A DNA stretch of 64,000 nucleotides from an uncultured Actinomycetota bacterium (GCA_963770005.1 CAVYNX010000014.1:7108-71107), one strand, 5' to 3'; numbered from the stretch's first letter, positions 8,551-19,706 are shown. Notes: a model not told the origin generated them from the sequence alone. Program-made: numbers and translations.

Positions 8551-10269
8551 TCCGCGACGGACAGCGGGGCGGCGCCGAGTCACGCGGCTGCGGTCACCGG
8601 CTCGAGCACCTCGGCTGGCTTCGGCGGCCTGCTGCGGTTGCGCGTACTCCTGCCACTCGGACCGGCCGAGGGCGTCCCGCAGGACCATGCCGGCCGTGTT
8701 GTACCCGGACACCATGACCCAGGGCAGCCCGGCGTTCGGCGTGGTCCACTGGCCGGCCGCATACAGGCCGGGAACCACCGTGCGCTGCGGGGGCCGCTGC
8801 CGCGACAGCATCTGAGGTACCAGCGCCCACCCGGCGAAGGCGCCGTCGGAGTTGCCGGTGTCGCGGACCATGTCCAGGGGCGTCCGGACCCGGCGCACGA
8901 CGATGTGGTCGCGCAGGCCGGGGATGACGCGCTCGGCCCGGCGGATGAAGGTGTCGGCGATCCACTCCTGGTCGCGCTCCCAGTCGAGGTCGCCGGAGAC
9001 CAGCGTCGTGGGGCACTCGAGCTTGACCGACGCCATCCCGGGCGGGGCGAGGTCGGGCTGGTGGAACGTCGCGACGTAGACGTAGAACGCCGCCCGCTCG
9101 ACGTCCCCGGACGGGAACCGGGCCATCGCGGTGTCGAGGTCGTGGTCCTCGTAGACGAAGTTGAGCCGCTTGATCTGGTCGCGGTACGGCGTGAGGTCCA
9201 TGTCGACGCCGAGCTGCACCTGGAAGAACGACGGCGTGGTCGGCAGCTTCGGCAGGCGGGCCCGGAGCTTGCCCGGGACCACCGACGCCGGCAGCTGCTC
9301 GAGGTAGAGCCGCCGCGCGTCCGAGGCGCAGACCACGGCCCGGCCGGTGAAGACCCGGCCGTCGACCGTCTCGACGCCGCGAGCGCGACCACCCTCGACG
9401 ACGACCCGGGCGACCTCGGCCCCGGTGACGACGGTCCCGCCGGCCTCGACGTACATCTCGCGCAGCGTCTCCGCCAGCCGCCCGAACCCGCCGGCCGGCA
9501 TCCACATCGTCCGCAGCGCGTGCGTGAGGAACACCCCGGCGATCGCCGCCGACAGCTTGCCCGGCGCGGTGCCGATCCCGACCGCCAGCTGCGCGAGGTA
9601 CGCCTTGGCCAGCGGGTCGGTGAGGTGCTCGTCGAGCAGGTCGGCCAGGGTGCGGTTCTGGTACTTCAGCAGCGTGTGTCCGGGGAAGTGCAGAGCCTGC
9701 GCCACCGGGTTGATGAGGTCGCTCAGCCACGGCTTCTGGAACTGGACCAGCAGCTTGTCGACCGCCTTGCCCCGACCCGGTCGGTCGGCGACGCGGAACG
9801 ACGGCACCACCTTGTCGAGGTCGGCGACCATCTGCTCCATGGCCAGGAACACGCGGGCGATCCCCTCGCGCTCGTGCGGGAACCGGTCACCCAGCGTGTC
9901 GGCGGCCTCGGTGAGGTCGGCGGGCAGCTCGAGGCGCTGGTCGGGGAAGACGCACTGGAAGTCCTGGCGGTCCGGGACCATGGCGATCCGCTGCGGGATC
10001 CCCAGCCGCTCGAACACCTTCCGCGGCTGCATACCCAGCCGGTATGCGAGCAGGATGTGGCCGCCGTGGTCCCAGTAGAAGCCCTGCTCGCCGTCGCCGT
10101 GGGCGTAGCCGCCGACGTACGCGTTCTTCTCGAGCAGCGCGACCCGGGCGCCCTGCTGGGCGAGGGTGAGGGCGCAGGTGAGTCCGGCCGCGCCGGAGCC
10201 GTAGACGATCGCGTCGTAGTGGGTCTCAACCGGAGACGGGGTGGCGGGGGCGGGAGAGAGGGGGCTCAT
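8545..10269 (-). CDS. Phytoene desaturase/carotenoid isomerase-like FAD oxidoreductase
   Basis: YDAIVYGSGAAGL, LLEKNAYVGG, FYWDHGGH, PAGGFGRL, RTPLDMVRDTG, LYAAGQWT. C-terminal end uncertain (8545 or 8580). Confidence 0.8.
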   Translation of the reverse strand: MSPLSPAPATPSPVETHYDAIVYGSGAAGLTCALTLAQQGARVALLEKNAYVGGYAHGDGEQGFYWDHGGHILLAYRLGMQPRKVFERLGIPQRIAMVPDRQDFQCVFPDQRLELPADLTEAADTLGDRFPHEREGIARVFLAMEQMVADLDKVVPSFRVADRPGRGKAVDKLLVQFQKPWLSDLINPVAQALHFPGHTLLKYQNRTLADLLDEHLTDPLAKAYLAQLAVGIGTAPGKLSAAIAGVFLTHALRTMWMPAGGFGRLAETLREMYVEAGGTVVTGAEVARVVVEGGRARGVETVDGRVFTGRAVVCASDARRLYLEQLPASVVPGKLRARLPKLPTTPSFFQVQLGVDMDLTPYRDQIKRLNFVYEDHDLDTAMARFPSGDVERAAFYVYVATFHQPDLAPPGMASVKLECPTTLVSGDLDWERDQEWIADTFIRRAERVIPGLRDHIVVRRVRTPLDMVRDTGNSDGAFAGWALVPQMLSRQRPPQRTVVPGLYAAGQWTTPNAGLPWVMVSGYNTAGMVLRDALGRSEWQEYAQPQQAAEASRGARAGDRSRVTRRRPAVRRGG

Positions 10270-10312
10270 GGGCACGAGGAGGCCGCCGCGTCCCCCGGTA
10301 ATACGTGCCGGC

Positions 10313-10973
10313 TCAGCCGAGCAGGGCCTCGCGCAGCTCGTCGACGGTGTCGGCCACGACGTCCGGCTCCGCTGGCGACGACGTCGGCGCGCGCCCCCGC
10401 GCCCCAGGTGACGGCGACCGCGGCCATGCCCGCGCGGCGCGCCGCCTGCACGTCGACGACCGCGTCGCCGACGTAGACCGCCTCGCCCGGCGTGCCGCCG
10501 AGCCGCTCCACCGCGAGCAGCAGCGGCGCCGGGTCGGGCTTGTGCTCGGCGGTGTCCTCCAGGGTCACCAGGGCCATCGGCCCGCCGAGGTACGCGTCGA
10601 GCCCGGTCAGCCGCAGGGCGGTCTCCGCCGCTCCGCGGAGCTTCGAGGTCGCCGCGGCGAACGGCACCCCCGCGGCGGTGAGGTCGGCCAGCAGGGCGTC
10701 GACACCGGCATACCGGCGGACCAGCCGCTCGGTGTTGGCGTGGTTCCACTCGATGTACGTCGCGAACAGCTCGTCGGCCCGCGCCGGCGAGTGCTCCCGG
10801 AACGCCCGGATCAGCGGCTGGCCGATCCACGACCGGATCAGCACCTCGTCCTCGGGCGCTCCCAGCACCGTGGTGAAGGCGTGCTGGTAGGAGTCGACGA
10901 TCAGGCCGATGGTGTCGACGAGGGTCCCGTCGAGGTCGAAGACGACGTAGGGCCAGCGCGGCGACGAGGTCAC
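10313..10973 (-). CDS. HAD-superfamily hydrolase (PpaX/Gph-like), frameshift near C-terminus
   Basis: VVFDLDGTLVDT, ATSK, HKPDP, YVGDAVVDVQAA. Confidence 0.85.
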
Positions 10974-10984
10974 GGGCGCACAGC

Positions 10985-11894
10985 CTAGGTATGCGAGTGG
11001 GGACGGTCCGCGAGCGATCTCACCGATGGTGCGGACGGCCGACGCCGTGAACGCCGGGTTCGTCTCGCGGTAGTAGGGGACGATCAGCGCCGCCTGGGTC
11101 AGCGCGTAGCCGCGGGCCCGGTCCCACGTCGCGTCGTCGACGTCGAGCTCCTCCCGGTAGCGCGCCCGACCGGACGGCCCCGAACACCGTCCACGCCGGG
11201 ATGACGTCCGCCGCCGGGTCGCCCGCGCCCACGGCGCCGAAGTCGATCACCGCGACGAGACGGCCGTCGCGGACCAGCAGGTTCGGCCGGAGCAGGTCGG
11301 TGTGGACCCACACCCGGTCCCCCGTCGAAGGGCGGCGCGGTGAGCGCGCGGTCCCACGCCGCCAACACCGTTCGGGTGTCCAGCAGGGCGCCCGCCTCGA
11401 CGACCGCCGCCCGGGTGCGCCGCGTCCAGCTCCGCGAGTGGTCGGCGCCCGGTAGCCGGGACGCCGTCGACCGGTCCGGAGCGCAGCTCGCGGACGAACC
11501 GCGCCAGCTCCGCGGCCGCGAGGGTCTCGTCGGCCACGAGCCCGTCGGCGTACACGTCACCCGGGATCCACCGGTAGACCGCCCACGGCAGCGGGTACTC
11601 CGCGGTGGGCCGCCCGTGGGCGACGGGCTCCGGTACCTCGAGCGTGAGCCGCTCGCGGAGCACCGGCAGCCACTCCCGCTCGCGGTCCAGGTCGCCGGCC
11701 CAGGTGGCGGTGCGCGGCAGCCGCACCACCAGGTCGTCGCCGAGGCGGAACATCGCGTTGACCGTCCCCCGGCCGACCGGCCGAACCGGCAGGCCCGCCC
11801 ACGCCGGCAGCTGTTCCGCCAACAGCCGCCGCACGAGATCGGCGTCGACCGACAGCTCGTCGTCGTGCATGCGCGGATGCGCCTCCGGGGCCAC
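10985..11894 (-). CDS. Aminoglycoside phosphotransferase (APH)-family kinase, several frameshifts
   Basis: [19 protein letters not shown], then [23 protein letters not shown] across frames. Confidence 0.8.
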
Positions 11895-11953
11895 GAGGGC
11901 CAGTCGACCCGCATACGACCGCCGACGTCCACCTCGTTTCGGCGCCGGATACG

Positions 11954-12640
11954 GTGAGAGACGTGACCGCGCGGCCGCTCGACGAGCTCGTCGACGCCTC
12001 GTGGGTCCCCGCCCTCACCCCGGTCGCCCCGACCATCACCGAGCTCGGCGCCTTCCTGCGCGGGGAGGTCGCGGCCGGGCGCGGCTACCTCCCGAGCGGC
12101 GACAACGTGCTCCGCGCCTTCCGGCAGCCGCTCGACGACGTGCGGGTGCTCATCGTCGGCCAGGACCCCTACCCCACCCCCGGGCACCCGGTCGGGCTGA
12201 GCTTCTCGGTGGCCCCCGAGGTCCAGCCGATCCCCCGCAGCCTGGTCAACATCTACACCGAGCTGCGCAACGACCTCGGCGAGGTGACCCCGACGCACGG
12301 GGACCTCACGCCGTGGACCGAGCAGGGGGTGCTGCTGCTGAACCGGGTGCTCACCGTGAGCCCCGGCAAGTCGGGCAGCCACCAGGGCAAGGGCTGGGAG
12401 GCGGTCACCACGGCGGCCATCGAGGCCCTCGCCGCCCGCGGTGGGCCCATGGTCGCGATCCTCTGGGGCCGCCAGGCCCAGTCCCTCGGCCCGGTGCTCG
12501 GGAGCATCCCCCGGGTCGAGTCGGCCCACCCGTCGCCGCTGTCGGCCCACGGCGGCTTCTTCGGCTCCCGCCCGTTCAGCCGGGCCAACTCGCTCCTGGT
12601 CGCCGCCGGCGGCCGGCCCGTCGACTGGAGGTTGGCATGA
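11954..12640 (+). CDS. ung: Uracil-DNA glycosylase (family 1)
   Basis: [40 protein letters not shown]. Confidence 0.95.
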   Translation: MRDVTARPLDELVDASWVPALTPVAPTITELGAFLRGEVAAGRGYLPSGDNVLRAFRQPLDDVRVLIVGQDPYPTPGHPVGLSFSVAPEVQPIPRSLVNIYTELRNDLGEVTPTHGDLTPWTEQGVLLLNRVLTVSPGKSGSHQGKGWEAVTTAAIEALAARGGPMVAILWGRQAQSLGPVLGSIPRVESAHPSPLSAHGGFFGSRPFSRANSLLVAAGGRPVDWRLA

Positions 12641-13452
12641 ACGCCACCCAACCCGCTCCCCGTCTCTGGACGCGCTACGTCGCCGTCGGGGACTCGTTCA
12701 CCGAGGGCATGTCCGACCCCGACCCCGACGTCCCGAACCGCTACGTCGGGTGGGCCGACCGCCTCGCCGTCGACCTCGCCCGGTATGCGGCGGACGCCGG
12801 CCAGCAGTTCGGCTACGCCAACCTCGCCGTGCGCGGCCGGTTGCTCGGCGACATCGTCGGCCCGCAGCTCGACGCCGCCCTGGCCCTGGAGCCGGACCTC
12901 GTCAGCATCGTCGGCGGCGGCAACGACATCCTGCGGCCGAGCGTCGACGTCGAGAAGCTCGCCGCCCAGCTGGAGGCCGCGGTGGTCCGCGCCCGCGAGG
13001 CCGGCGCCGACGTCCTCATGGCCACGCCGTTCGACCCGGTCGGTGCGCCGGTGGTGCGGGCCGCGCGCGGCCGCTCCGCCGCCTTCGCCGCGCTGGTCTT
13101 CGGCATCGCGCAACGACACGGGGCCCTGGTCCTCGACCAGTGGAGCCTCGTCGCGCTCCGCGACTGGCGGATGTGGGCCGACGACCGCATCCACATGACC
13201 GGAGAGGGTCACCGCCGGGTCGCCCTGGCCGCGCTGTGGACCCTCGGCCACCCCACCGACGAGGCCGACTGGCGCACCCCGCTGCCGGCGGCTGCACCGA
13301 TCCCGCGCCGAGAAGCGTTGGCGGGCAACGCGAAATGGGCGCGCGAGTACCTCATGCCCTGGGTCCAGCGGCGCCTGCGCGGCGAGTCCTCGGGCGACCT
13401 GCTCACCGCGAAGCGCCCCGAGGTCACCCCGCTCGAGCGGAAGGACGCGTGA
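12637..13452 (+). CDS. SGNH/GDSL hydrolase
   Basis: [31 protein letters not shown]; ATGA overlap with ung. Confidence 0.9.
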   Translation: MNATQPAPRLWTRYVAVGDSFTEGMSDPDPDVPNRYVGWADRLAVDLARYAADAGQQFGYANLAVRGRLLGDIVGPQLDAALALEPDLVSIVGGGNDILRPSVDVEKLAAQLEAAVVRAREAGADVLMATPFDPVGAPVVRAARGRSAAFAALVFGIAQRHGALVLDQWSLVALRDWRMWADDRIHMTGEGHRRVALAALWTLGHPTDEADWRTPLPAAAPIPRREALAGNAKWAREYLMPWVQRRLRGESSGDLLTAKRPEVTPLERKDA

Positions 13453-14615
13453 TGCACCCCTACGAGCTCTACGCCATCGACGGCCTGCTCACCGAGGAGG
13501 AGCGGGCGATCCGCGACACGGTCCGCGACTTCGGGACCAGGGAGCTGCGCCCCCACATCGCGACGTGGTTCGACGAGGGTCGCGTCCCGGCCCGGGACCT
13601 GGCGAAGCAGCTGGGCGCGCTCGGCATCCTCGGTATGCACCTCGAGGGCTACGGCTGCGCGGGCACCGGCGCCGTCGCGTACGGGCTGGCCTGCCAGGAG
13701 ATGGAGGCCGTCGACTCCGGCCTGCGGTCGCTGGTCTCGGTGCAGGGGTCGCTGGCGATGTACGCGATCCACGCCTACGGCAGCGAGGAGCAGAAGCAGG
13801 AATGGCTCCCGGGGATGGCCGCCGGCGAGAAGCTCGGCTGCTTCGGCCTCACCGAGCCGGACGCCGGCTCCAACCCCGCGGCCATGCGGACCACCGCCAA
13901 GCGCGACGCCGGTGGTGACTGGGTGCTCAACGGCACCAAGCAGTGGATCACCAACGGGTCGGTCGCCGACGTCGCCGTGGTGTGGGCGCGGACCGACGAC
14001 CGGATCCGCGGGTTCGTCGTCCCGACCGACGCGAAAGGGTTCTCCGCCAACGAGATCCACCAGAAGCTCTCGCTGCGGGCGAGCGTCTCCAGTGAGCTGG
14101 TCCTCGACGACCTCCGGCTGCCCGCCGACGCCGTGCTGCCCGGCGCCGCGGGGCTGAGCGGGCCGCTCGGCTGCCTCAACGAGGCCCGGTTCGGGATCAT
14201 CTTCGGCTCGCTGGGCGCCGCGCGCGACAGCCTGGAGACCGCCCTCGACTACGCGAAGAGCCGGGAGGTGTTCGACAAGCCGCTCGCCGCATACCAGCTG
14301 ACGCAGCAGAAGCTCGCCGACATGGCCGTCGAGCTGGGCAACGGCATGCTCCTCGCGCTGCACCTCGGCCGGCTCAAGGAGGCCGGGACGGTCACGCCCG
14401 AGCAGGTCAGCGTCGGCAAGCTCAACAACGTGCGCAAGTCGATCGCCATCGCGCGGGAGGCCCGAACCATCCTGGGCGCCAACGGGATCTCGTTGGAGTA
14501 CAGCCCGATCCGCCACGCCGCCAACCTCGAGAGCGTCCTCACCTACGAGGGCACCACCGAGGTGCACACGCTCGTGGTCGGCAAGGCGCTCACCGGCGAG
14601 AACGCGTTCAGCTGA
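13452..14615 (+). CDS. Acyl-CoA dehydrogenase (glutaryl-CoA dehydrogenase-like)
   Basis: SVQGSLAM, GCFGLTEPDAGS, GTKQWITNG, LGANGI, NLESVLTYEGT. Confidence 0.9.
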   Translation: MHPYELYAIDGLLTEEERAIRDTVRDFGTRELRPHIATWFDEGRVPARDLAKQLGALGILGMHLEGYGCAGTGAVAYGLACQEMEAVDSGLRSLVSVQGSLAMYAIHAYGSEEQKQEWLPGMAAGEKLGCFGLTEPDAGSNPAAMRTTAKRDAGGDWVLNGTKQWITNGSVADVAVVWARTDDRIRGFVVPTDAKGFSANEIHQKLSLRASVSSELVLDDLRLPADAVLPGAAGLSGPLGCLNEARFGIIFGSLGAARDSLETALDYAKSREVFDKPLAAYQLTQQKLADMAVELGNGMLLALHLGRLKEAGTVTPEQVSVGKLNNVRKSIAIAREARTILGANGISLEYSPIRHAANLESVLTYEGTTEVHTLVVGKALTGENAFS

Positions 14616-14625
14616 GCTCCGTGAA

Positions 14626-16208
14626 TCAGTAGTCGCGGCCGCCGCGGATGGGGCCCGGGCGACCGTCCGGGTCGTGCAGCAGCTCGAGCGGCACCTTGGC
14701 CCACCGCCGCGCCACGGCGCCGAGGTGCGGCAGCGGCAGCCGCCGCAGCCGTCCCGGCGGCCGCTCCCCCACCCGACCCGCCTCGTGCCAGGCGTCCAGC
14801 CGGTCGGCGCTGGCGGCGTAGGCGTCGAACAGCCCGGCCGGGTCCACGCAGTCCGCCATCGCCGTCTCCAGACCGTCCACCGCCACCTCGGACAGCCGGT
14901 CGAGGTGCTCGGCGGCCAGCGTGAGCCGCAGGGCTGCGGGCGTAGTCGGCGTTCCAGACGACGCAGGACAGCTCGGAGTCATGGGTCCAGGAGCGGCGGT
15001 TGAAGTTGTCGGACCCGACGCTCGCCCAGGTGTCGTCGATGACGCACACCTTGGCGTGCACGTAGACCGGCGTCCCCGCGTGGTTCTCGATCCCGTAGGC
15101 GGCCACCCGTCCGGGCGCGGCCGCCATGACCGCCCCGAACGCCCGGTTGCGGCCGAGCAGCTCGGGCACCCGGGACGCCCCGTCGACGTCGGGGTAGAGC
15201 GGGATCACCACGACGAGCCGCAGCTCCGGGTGGTCCCGCAGCGAGGCCAGGAACGGGTCGGCGACGTCGTGCCCCCAGAAGTACTGGTCCTCGACGTAGA
15301 CCAGCTCGCGCGCCCGGGCGATGGCCTTGGTGTAGCCCCGGGCGACGCTGCGCTCGCCGCCGCGGGCGAACGGGAAGTCCCGCCCGTGACGCAGGTTGGG
15401 GTAGGTGCGCAGCAGCTGGACGGTATGCGGGCCGGCCTCCGGCGGGGGCGGTTGCTGGTCGGGGAGGGGGTCGGGGTGGACGTCGAGGCCGCGCACCCGG
15501 TCGGACAGCTTCCGCAGCGGGCTGCGGCTGAGCGGCGTGGGGTCCTCCCAGCGCTCGCGGAACACGGTCTCGACGTCGTAGACCGCGGGGCCCTGGATCT
15601 TCACCTGGAGGTCGTGCCACGGCGGGTTCGACCCGTACTCCTCGGTCAACGGCTGGGGCTGCGGGTCGCCGTGGTGGTCGGCGTCGTCGCGACGGTTGTG
15701 CGCGAGGTCGATGCCGCCGACGAAGGCCAGGTCGCGGGACGGGTCGTCGCGGTGCCGGATGACGACGAACTTCTGGTGGTGGGACCCGCCCGGCGCGTAC
15801 CCGCATGTCCAGCAGGACCTCGGCGCCCCGGTGCTGGAGCCGCTCGCCGAGGTGCCGGTTCTCGGTGGCGAAGAACCCGGTCTGGTCCAGGTGCGAGCGC
15901 CAGACCAGCCCGCGGACGTCGACGCCGCGCTCGTCGGCGGACCCCAGGACCTCGAGCACCTCGGAGTCGGGATCGTCGGTGAGCCGCTGGTCGGCGTCGC
16001 CCTGCCAGTCGGTGAAGAGCACCAGGTCGCCGTCACGGGTGGCGGACAGCGCGTCGTAGAGCTCCCGGAAGTACACGGCCCCGTGGACGAGCGGCGTGAC
16101 GAGGTTCCCTCCGGACCACGCGTGGTCGTCCTCGTGCCGGTCGTCGAGCCGGGTGCTCGGGTTGCCGCGCTCGGTGCGGGTCAGCAGCCAGTCACTCGGG
16201 TCGGTCAC
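14626..16208 (-). CDS. Phospholipase D family protein, frameshifts
   Basis: HKD-type motifs SHHQKFVV and VYVHAKVCVIDD, plus GSDNFNRRS; N-terminus VTDPSDWLLT at 16208. Confidence 0.85.
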
Positions 16209-16249
16209 AGGACCGAGGATGCCGTACCGCTGCTCGTACCCTGAAGGGC

Positions 16250-17062
16250 ATGTCCCTCCAGATGACCTCCGTGCTGGCCACCGCCATGCGCGACCTGCGG
16301 CAGCACCCGGCGGCGGTACGCGTCCGAGCCGAGCACGACGGGACGCCGGTCGTCGACTCGTTCGCCGCCCGCCTGGTCTGGGAGCCGCGGCGCATCGTCT
16401 GCTCGTACGCGGTGCCCGTGGCCGACATCGCCGGGACGCTGGTGAACCCGCAGCCGGTGGCACCCGACGTGCGGTCGCTGCCGCCGGTGCTCAGCCCCCC
16501 GCAGGGGTTCGCGGTCCACTCGACCACCGGCACGGCATACGACATCGAGACGCCCAGCGGCACCCTGCCCGGAGCGGCCTTCGTCGTCGACGACCCCGAC
16601 CTCGAGGGCTACGCGGTGCTCGACTGGCGCGCGTTCAGCCGCTGGTTCGAGGAGGGCGAGGAGGTGCGCGGCCACCCGCGCGAGCCGTTCCACGCGATCC
16701 GCTGCCTGCCGTCCGACCGGCACGTCGTCGTCGAGATCGACGGGCAGGTCGTCGCCGACAGCACGCACGCGGTCCTGCTCACCGAGACGATGCTCCCGCC
16801 GCGCTGGTACCTGCCGCGGGAGGAGGTGCGCATGGACCTCCTCACGCCCTCGGACACCCACACCATCTGCGCCTACAAGGGTGAGGCCTCCTACTTCTCC
16901 TACGGCGACGCGCAGGACGTGGTGTGGACGTACGAGGACCCGCGACACGAGGCGGCACCGGTGCGCGACCTCGTCTGCTTCTTCGCCGAGCACACCGACT
17001 ACGTCGTCGACGGTGAGCGCATCCCGCGGCCGGTCACCGAGTGGAGCCGGTCACGGACCTGA
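16250..17062 (+). CDS. DUF427 domain protein (tandem)
   Basis: GHPREPFH, LTETMLPPRWYLP, TICAYKGEASY, VWTYEDP, VCFFAE. Confidence 0.85.
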   Translation: MSLQMTSVLATAMRDLRQHPAAVRVRAEHDGTPVVDSFAARLVWEPRRIVCSYAVPVADIAGTLVNPQPVAPDVRSLPPVLSPPQGFAVHSTTGTAYDIETPSGTLPGAAFVVDDPDLEGYAVLDWRAFSRWFEEGEEVRGHPREPFHAIRCLPSDRHVVVEIDGQVVADSTHAVLLTETMLPPRWYLPREEVRMDLLTPSDTHTICAYKGEASYFSYGDAQDVVWTYEDPRHEAAPVRDLVCFFAEHTDYVVDGERIPRPVTEWSRSRT

Positions 17063-18305
17063 GCAGGGCCGCGGTCCCGGGCTGACGCGCATACTCGGCC
17101 CACGCCAGGGCCGTGGTCCCGTGCTCCGCGTCGACGAGGTCGGGGTTCGCGCCGGCGTCGAGCAGCGCGCGGACCATCTCCTCGTCGCCGATCCAGGCCT
17201 GCTGGTGCAGGGCGGAACGGCCGTGCTCGTAGGCGTCGACGTCCGCTCCCTGCGCGACCGCCGCCGCGACCGCCTCCGGTGACCCCGCGGTGTGGACGCT
17301 GGGCGGCTGCGGAGGTTCCGGGTCGGGCCGGTCGGGCTGGTCGTCCGGCCCGAACCCGTGCCGGGCCAGGAGGGCGAGCCGGCGGTCGAAGCCGTGCGTC
17401 CGCGCCCAGTCGACCTGGCGCTGCATCATCTCGGCCGGCGACTCGGTGGCGTCGCCGAGCCGCTCGCGCCAGACCCCGCCGTCACCGGTGCCGAGGCCGT
17501 AGGCGAAGAGCAGCTCCAGGTGGCTGTCGTCGCGGCCGAACATCCGGTTGTAGAGCGTCTGCCCGTCGTTCGGGTCGGCGCCGCGGTCGAGGAGGAGCCG
17601 GGCCAGCGGCTCCCACTGCGGGTGCCGCGGCTGGCGCCCCGGACCCTGCTCGCCCTCGCCGAAGCAGCCGGTCAGGGCGGTGAACGGCGTGCGTCAGCCC
17701 TTGCCACAGGTAGCCGGAGGAGGGTCGGCGCCGGCGTCGAGGAGCAGCCGCGCGGTCGCCACGGCGTCGCGCTGCGGGACGCGGGAGTAGACGAGGTAGA
17801 GCAACGGCGGCCAGCGGTACGGACCGCCCTCGCGGGTGGCGGCCGCCGGGTCGGCGTCGAGGTGGCGCCGGACGGCGTCGGGGTCGCCGGCGACGGCCGC
17901 GGCGTAGATGCTCCGGTCCGGCAGATCCGGTTGTGCGGCAAGGAGACTCGCCGCCTCCGACCAACGGGCGGGGTCGTCGGCGTCGGAGTACTGGAGGCAG
18001 GCGAGCACGCAGAACCGCTCGGCGTCGTCGCGAGCCTGGGCGTCCACCGGGTCGCGGCGCAGCGCGGCGGCGAGCTCGAGGTAGTGCTTCAGCCGGGGCC
18101 AGCTGGCGAACCCGTAGCCGCGGGCGACGACGAGCTGGGCGGCGCCGAGGGTGAAGGCGCTCCGGTCGACGGGGACGCCGTCGGGGTGGAGGCGCTCGAC
18201 GATGCGCACCGCCCGTGGGACGTCGGCGCGCACCGCGCGCTGGAGCCGGCGGGCATCGCGACGGAACCGGTCGAGGGACGGGTTGCTGGGCAGGGACGTG
18301 GCCAT
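17034..18305 (-). CDS. Ankyrin-repeat protein with N-terminal LPxxPSL/AQxxxARxYGFxSW domain, frameshifts near 17690-17720
   Basis: MATSLPSNPSLDRFRRDARRL, AQLVVARGYGFASWPRL, LLDAGADP, SALHQQAWIGD, GTTALAWAEY. Confidence 0.8.
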
Positions 18306-18446
18306 GACGGCCTCCTTTCGTCAGCCCGCCGTCCGCTGCGTCGGGCCGAAAGGAGGTCAGTCCTGCTCGGTCACCTGTCGTGCTCCAGGGAGGCTGAGCC
18401 CCTTCCCGCGGACCGGAGGCGTCCTGGACGCCTTCGGCCGAGCATA
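18303..18446 (-). promoter_or_regulatory. Structured 5' leader (candidate cis-regulatory RNA) of the ankyrin gene
   Basis: -10 TATGCT at 18441-18446; RBS AAAGGAGG paired in a perfect 10-bp stem (18311-18320 with 18347-18356); further hairpins upstream. Confidence 0.55.
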
Positions 18447-18463
18447 CGACCGCGGCCTGGGAG

Positions 18464-18847
18464 TCAGCCGGTGGAACCGAGCATCCAGCGGTGGCCGAAC
18501 GGGTCGCGGAACACCGCGGTCCGGCCGTGGTCGCTGTCCTCGGGCCCGCGGTCCAGGGTGGCTCCCGCGTCCACCGCGCGGGAGGTCAGCGCGTCGACGT
18601 CGTCGGTCGTGAGGAAGAAGGTGACGGCGGCACCCCGACCCTCGGCGGGAGGCTCGACGTGGAGGTCGGGGTAGGCGTCGGACATCATCAGCCGGCGCGC
18701 CGCCGAACGACAGCTCGACGTGGCCGATCCGTCCGTCGTCCATGACGATCGGGCCCTCGGTCACCTCCGCGCCCATCGACGTCGACGTACCAGTCGACGG
18801 CCCGGCCGGGCGTCGCTCGTGCAGATGTAAGGGCGGATCTCACCCAT
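18464..18847 (-). CDS. VOC/glyoxalase family protein, frameshifts
   Basis: MGEIRPYIC, DGRIGHVEL, MMSDAYP, DDVDAL, FRDPFGHRWML. Confidence 0.8.
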
Positions 18848-19663
18848 CGTTCGCTCCTTCCAGTGGTGCCAGTGGTGACATGAACGACCACAGCCCGCCC
18901 TCGAGGTCGCGGGCGTCGTACTCGCGGTAGCCGTAGGCCTCGTCGCGCGGTTCGCCCGACCACATCGGCGCCGGCCGCCACCGCCCGGGCGTGGTGGGCG
19001 TCGACGTCGTCGACCATCACGGCCATGCAGTGCGTGGCGACACCGAGACTCGCCGGGGAGGCCAGCGCGTGCTCCTCGGACGACGTGTGCAGCCAGACCA
19101 GGCCGTCGCCGATGTGCAGCTCGCCGTGGACGACGCGGCCGGTCTCGTCCCGGGACAGCCGGCCGGGCCCGAACCCGAACACCGTCACCAGGTGGTCGTG
19201 GACCGCCTCGATGTCGTCGTAGACCAGCAGCGTCAGCCGCTGCGTGACGGTCGGGTCCATCTCGCCCAGTCCTTCCATGACCTCGACCAGCTCCCGCTCG
19301 TCCGGGCCGTCCGGCGCGACCCGCAGGCTCTCGCCCACGGTCCGGACCCGTTCGCGCAGCCGGCCCATCGCCGCGAGCCGCCCGTCCAGGACGGCGAGGT
19401 GCCGCTCGACCGCCTCGGCGAGCTGCTCCGGCGGGCCGTCGAGCGCCTCCGGGATCTGGGCGAGCGGTACGCCGACGTGGCGCAGCAGGTTGACGCGGTG
19501 CAGCCGCCGGATGTCGTCCTCGCCGTAGACCCGGTGGCCGCCCGCGAGCCGCTCGGACGGCGGGAGCAGCCCGATCTCCTCGTAGTAGCGCAGCGTGCGG
19601 ACGGTCAGGCCGGTGCGTCGGGCTACGTCCCCGATCCGGACCTGCTCGCTCCTCGTCGCCCAC
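18840..19663 (-). CDS. MerR-family regulator fused to a VOC domain, frameshifts
   Basis: RIGDVARRTGLTVRTLRYYEEIGLL, GGHRVY; C-terminal VVHGEL, DDVDAHHARA, YGYREYDARDLEG. Confidence 0.85.
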
Positions 19664-19670
19664 GTCCTGC

Positions 19671-19701
19671 ACGCTAGGACCTTCCGGGGCGTGAGGTTCA
19701 A
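19671..19701 (-). promoter_or_regulatory. MerR-type promoter, 19-bp spacer
   Basis: TTGAAC-N19-TAGCGT with an ACCT...AGGT dyad over the spacer, 7 nt before GTG 19663. Confidence 0.7.
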
Positions 19702-19706
19702 GACCG

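Noticed and set aside
6165-11000. Repeated TANNNT boxes 6-8 nt before start codons (leaderless genes)
   Set aside because: Real but ordinary for actinobacteria; used only to refine start sites.
10985-11894. Antibiotic resistance gene call for the APH-like ORF
   Set aside because: Only generic APH/choline-kinase fold motifs are present, with no mobile context; substrate cannot be inferred.
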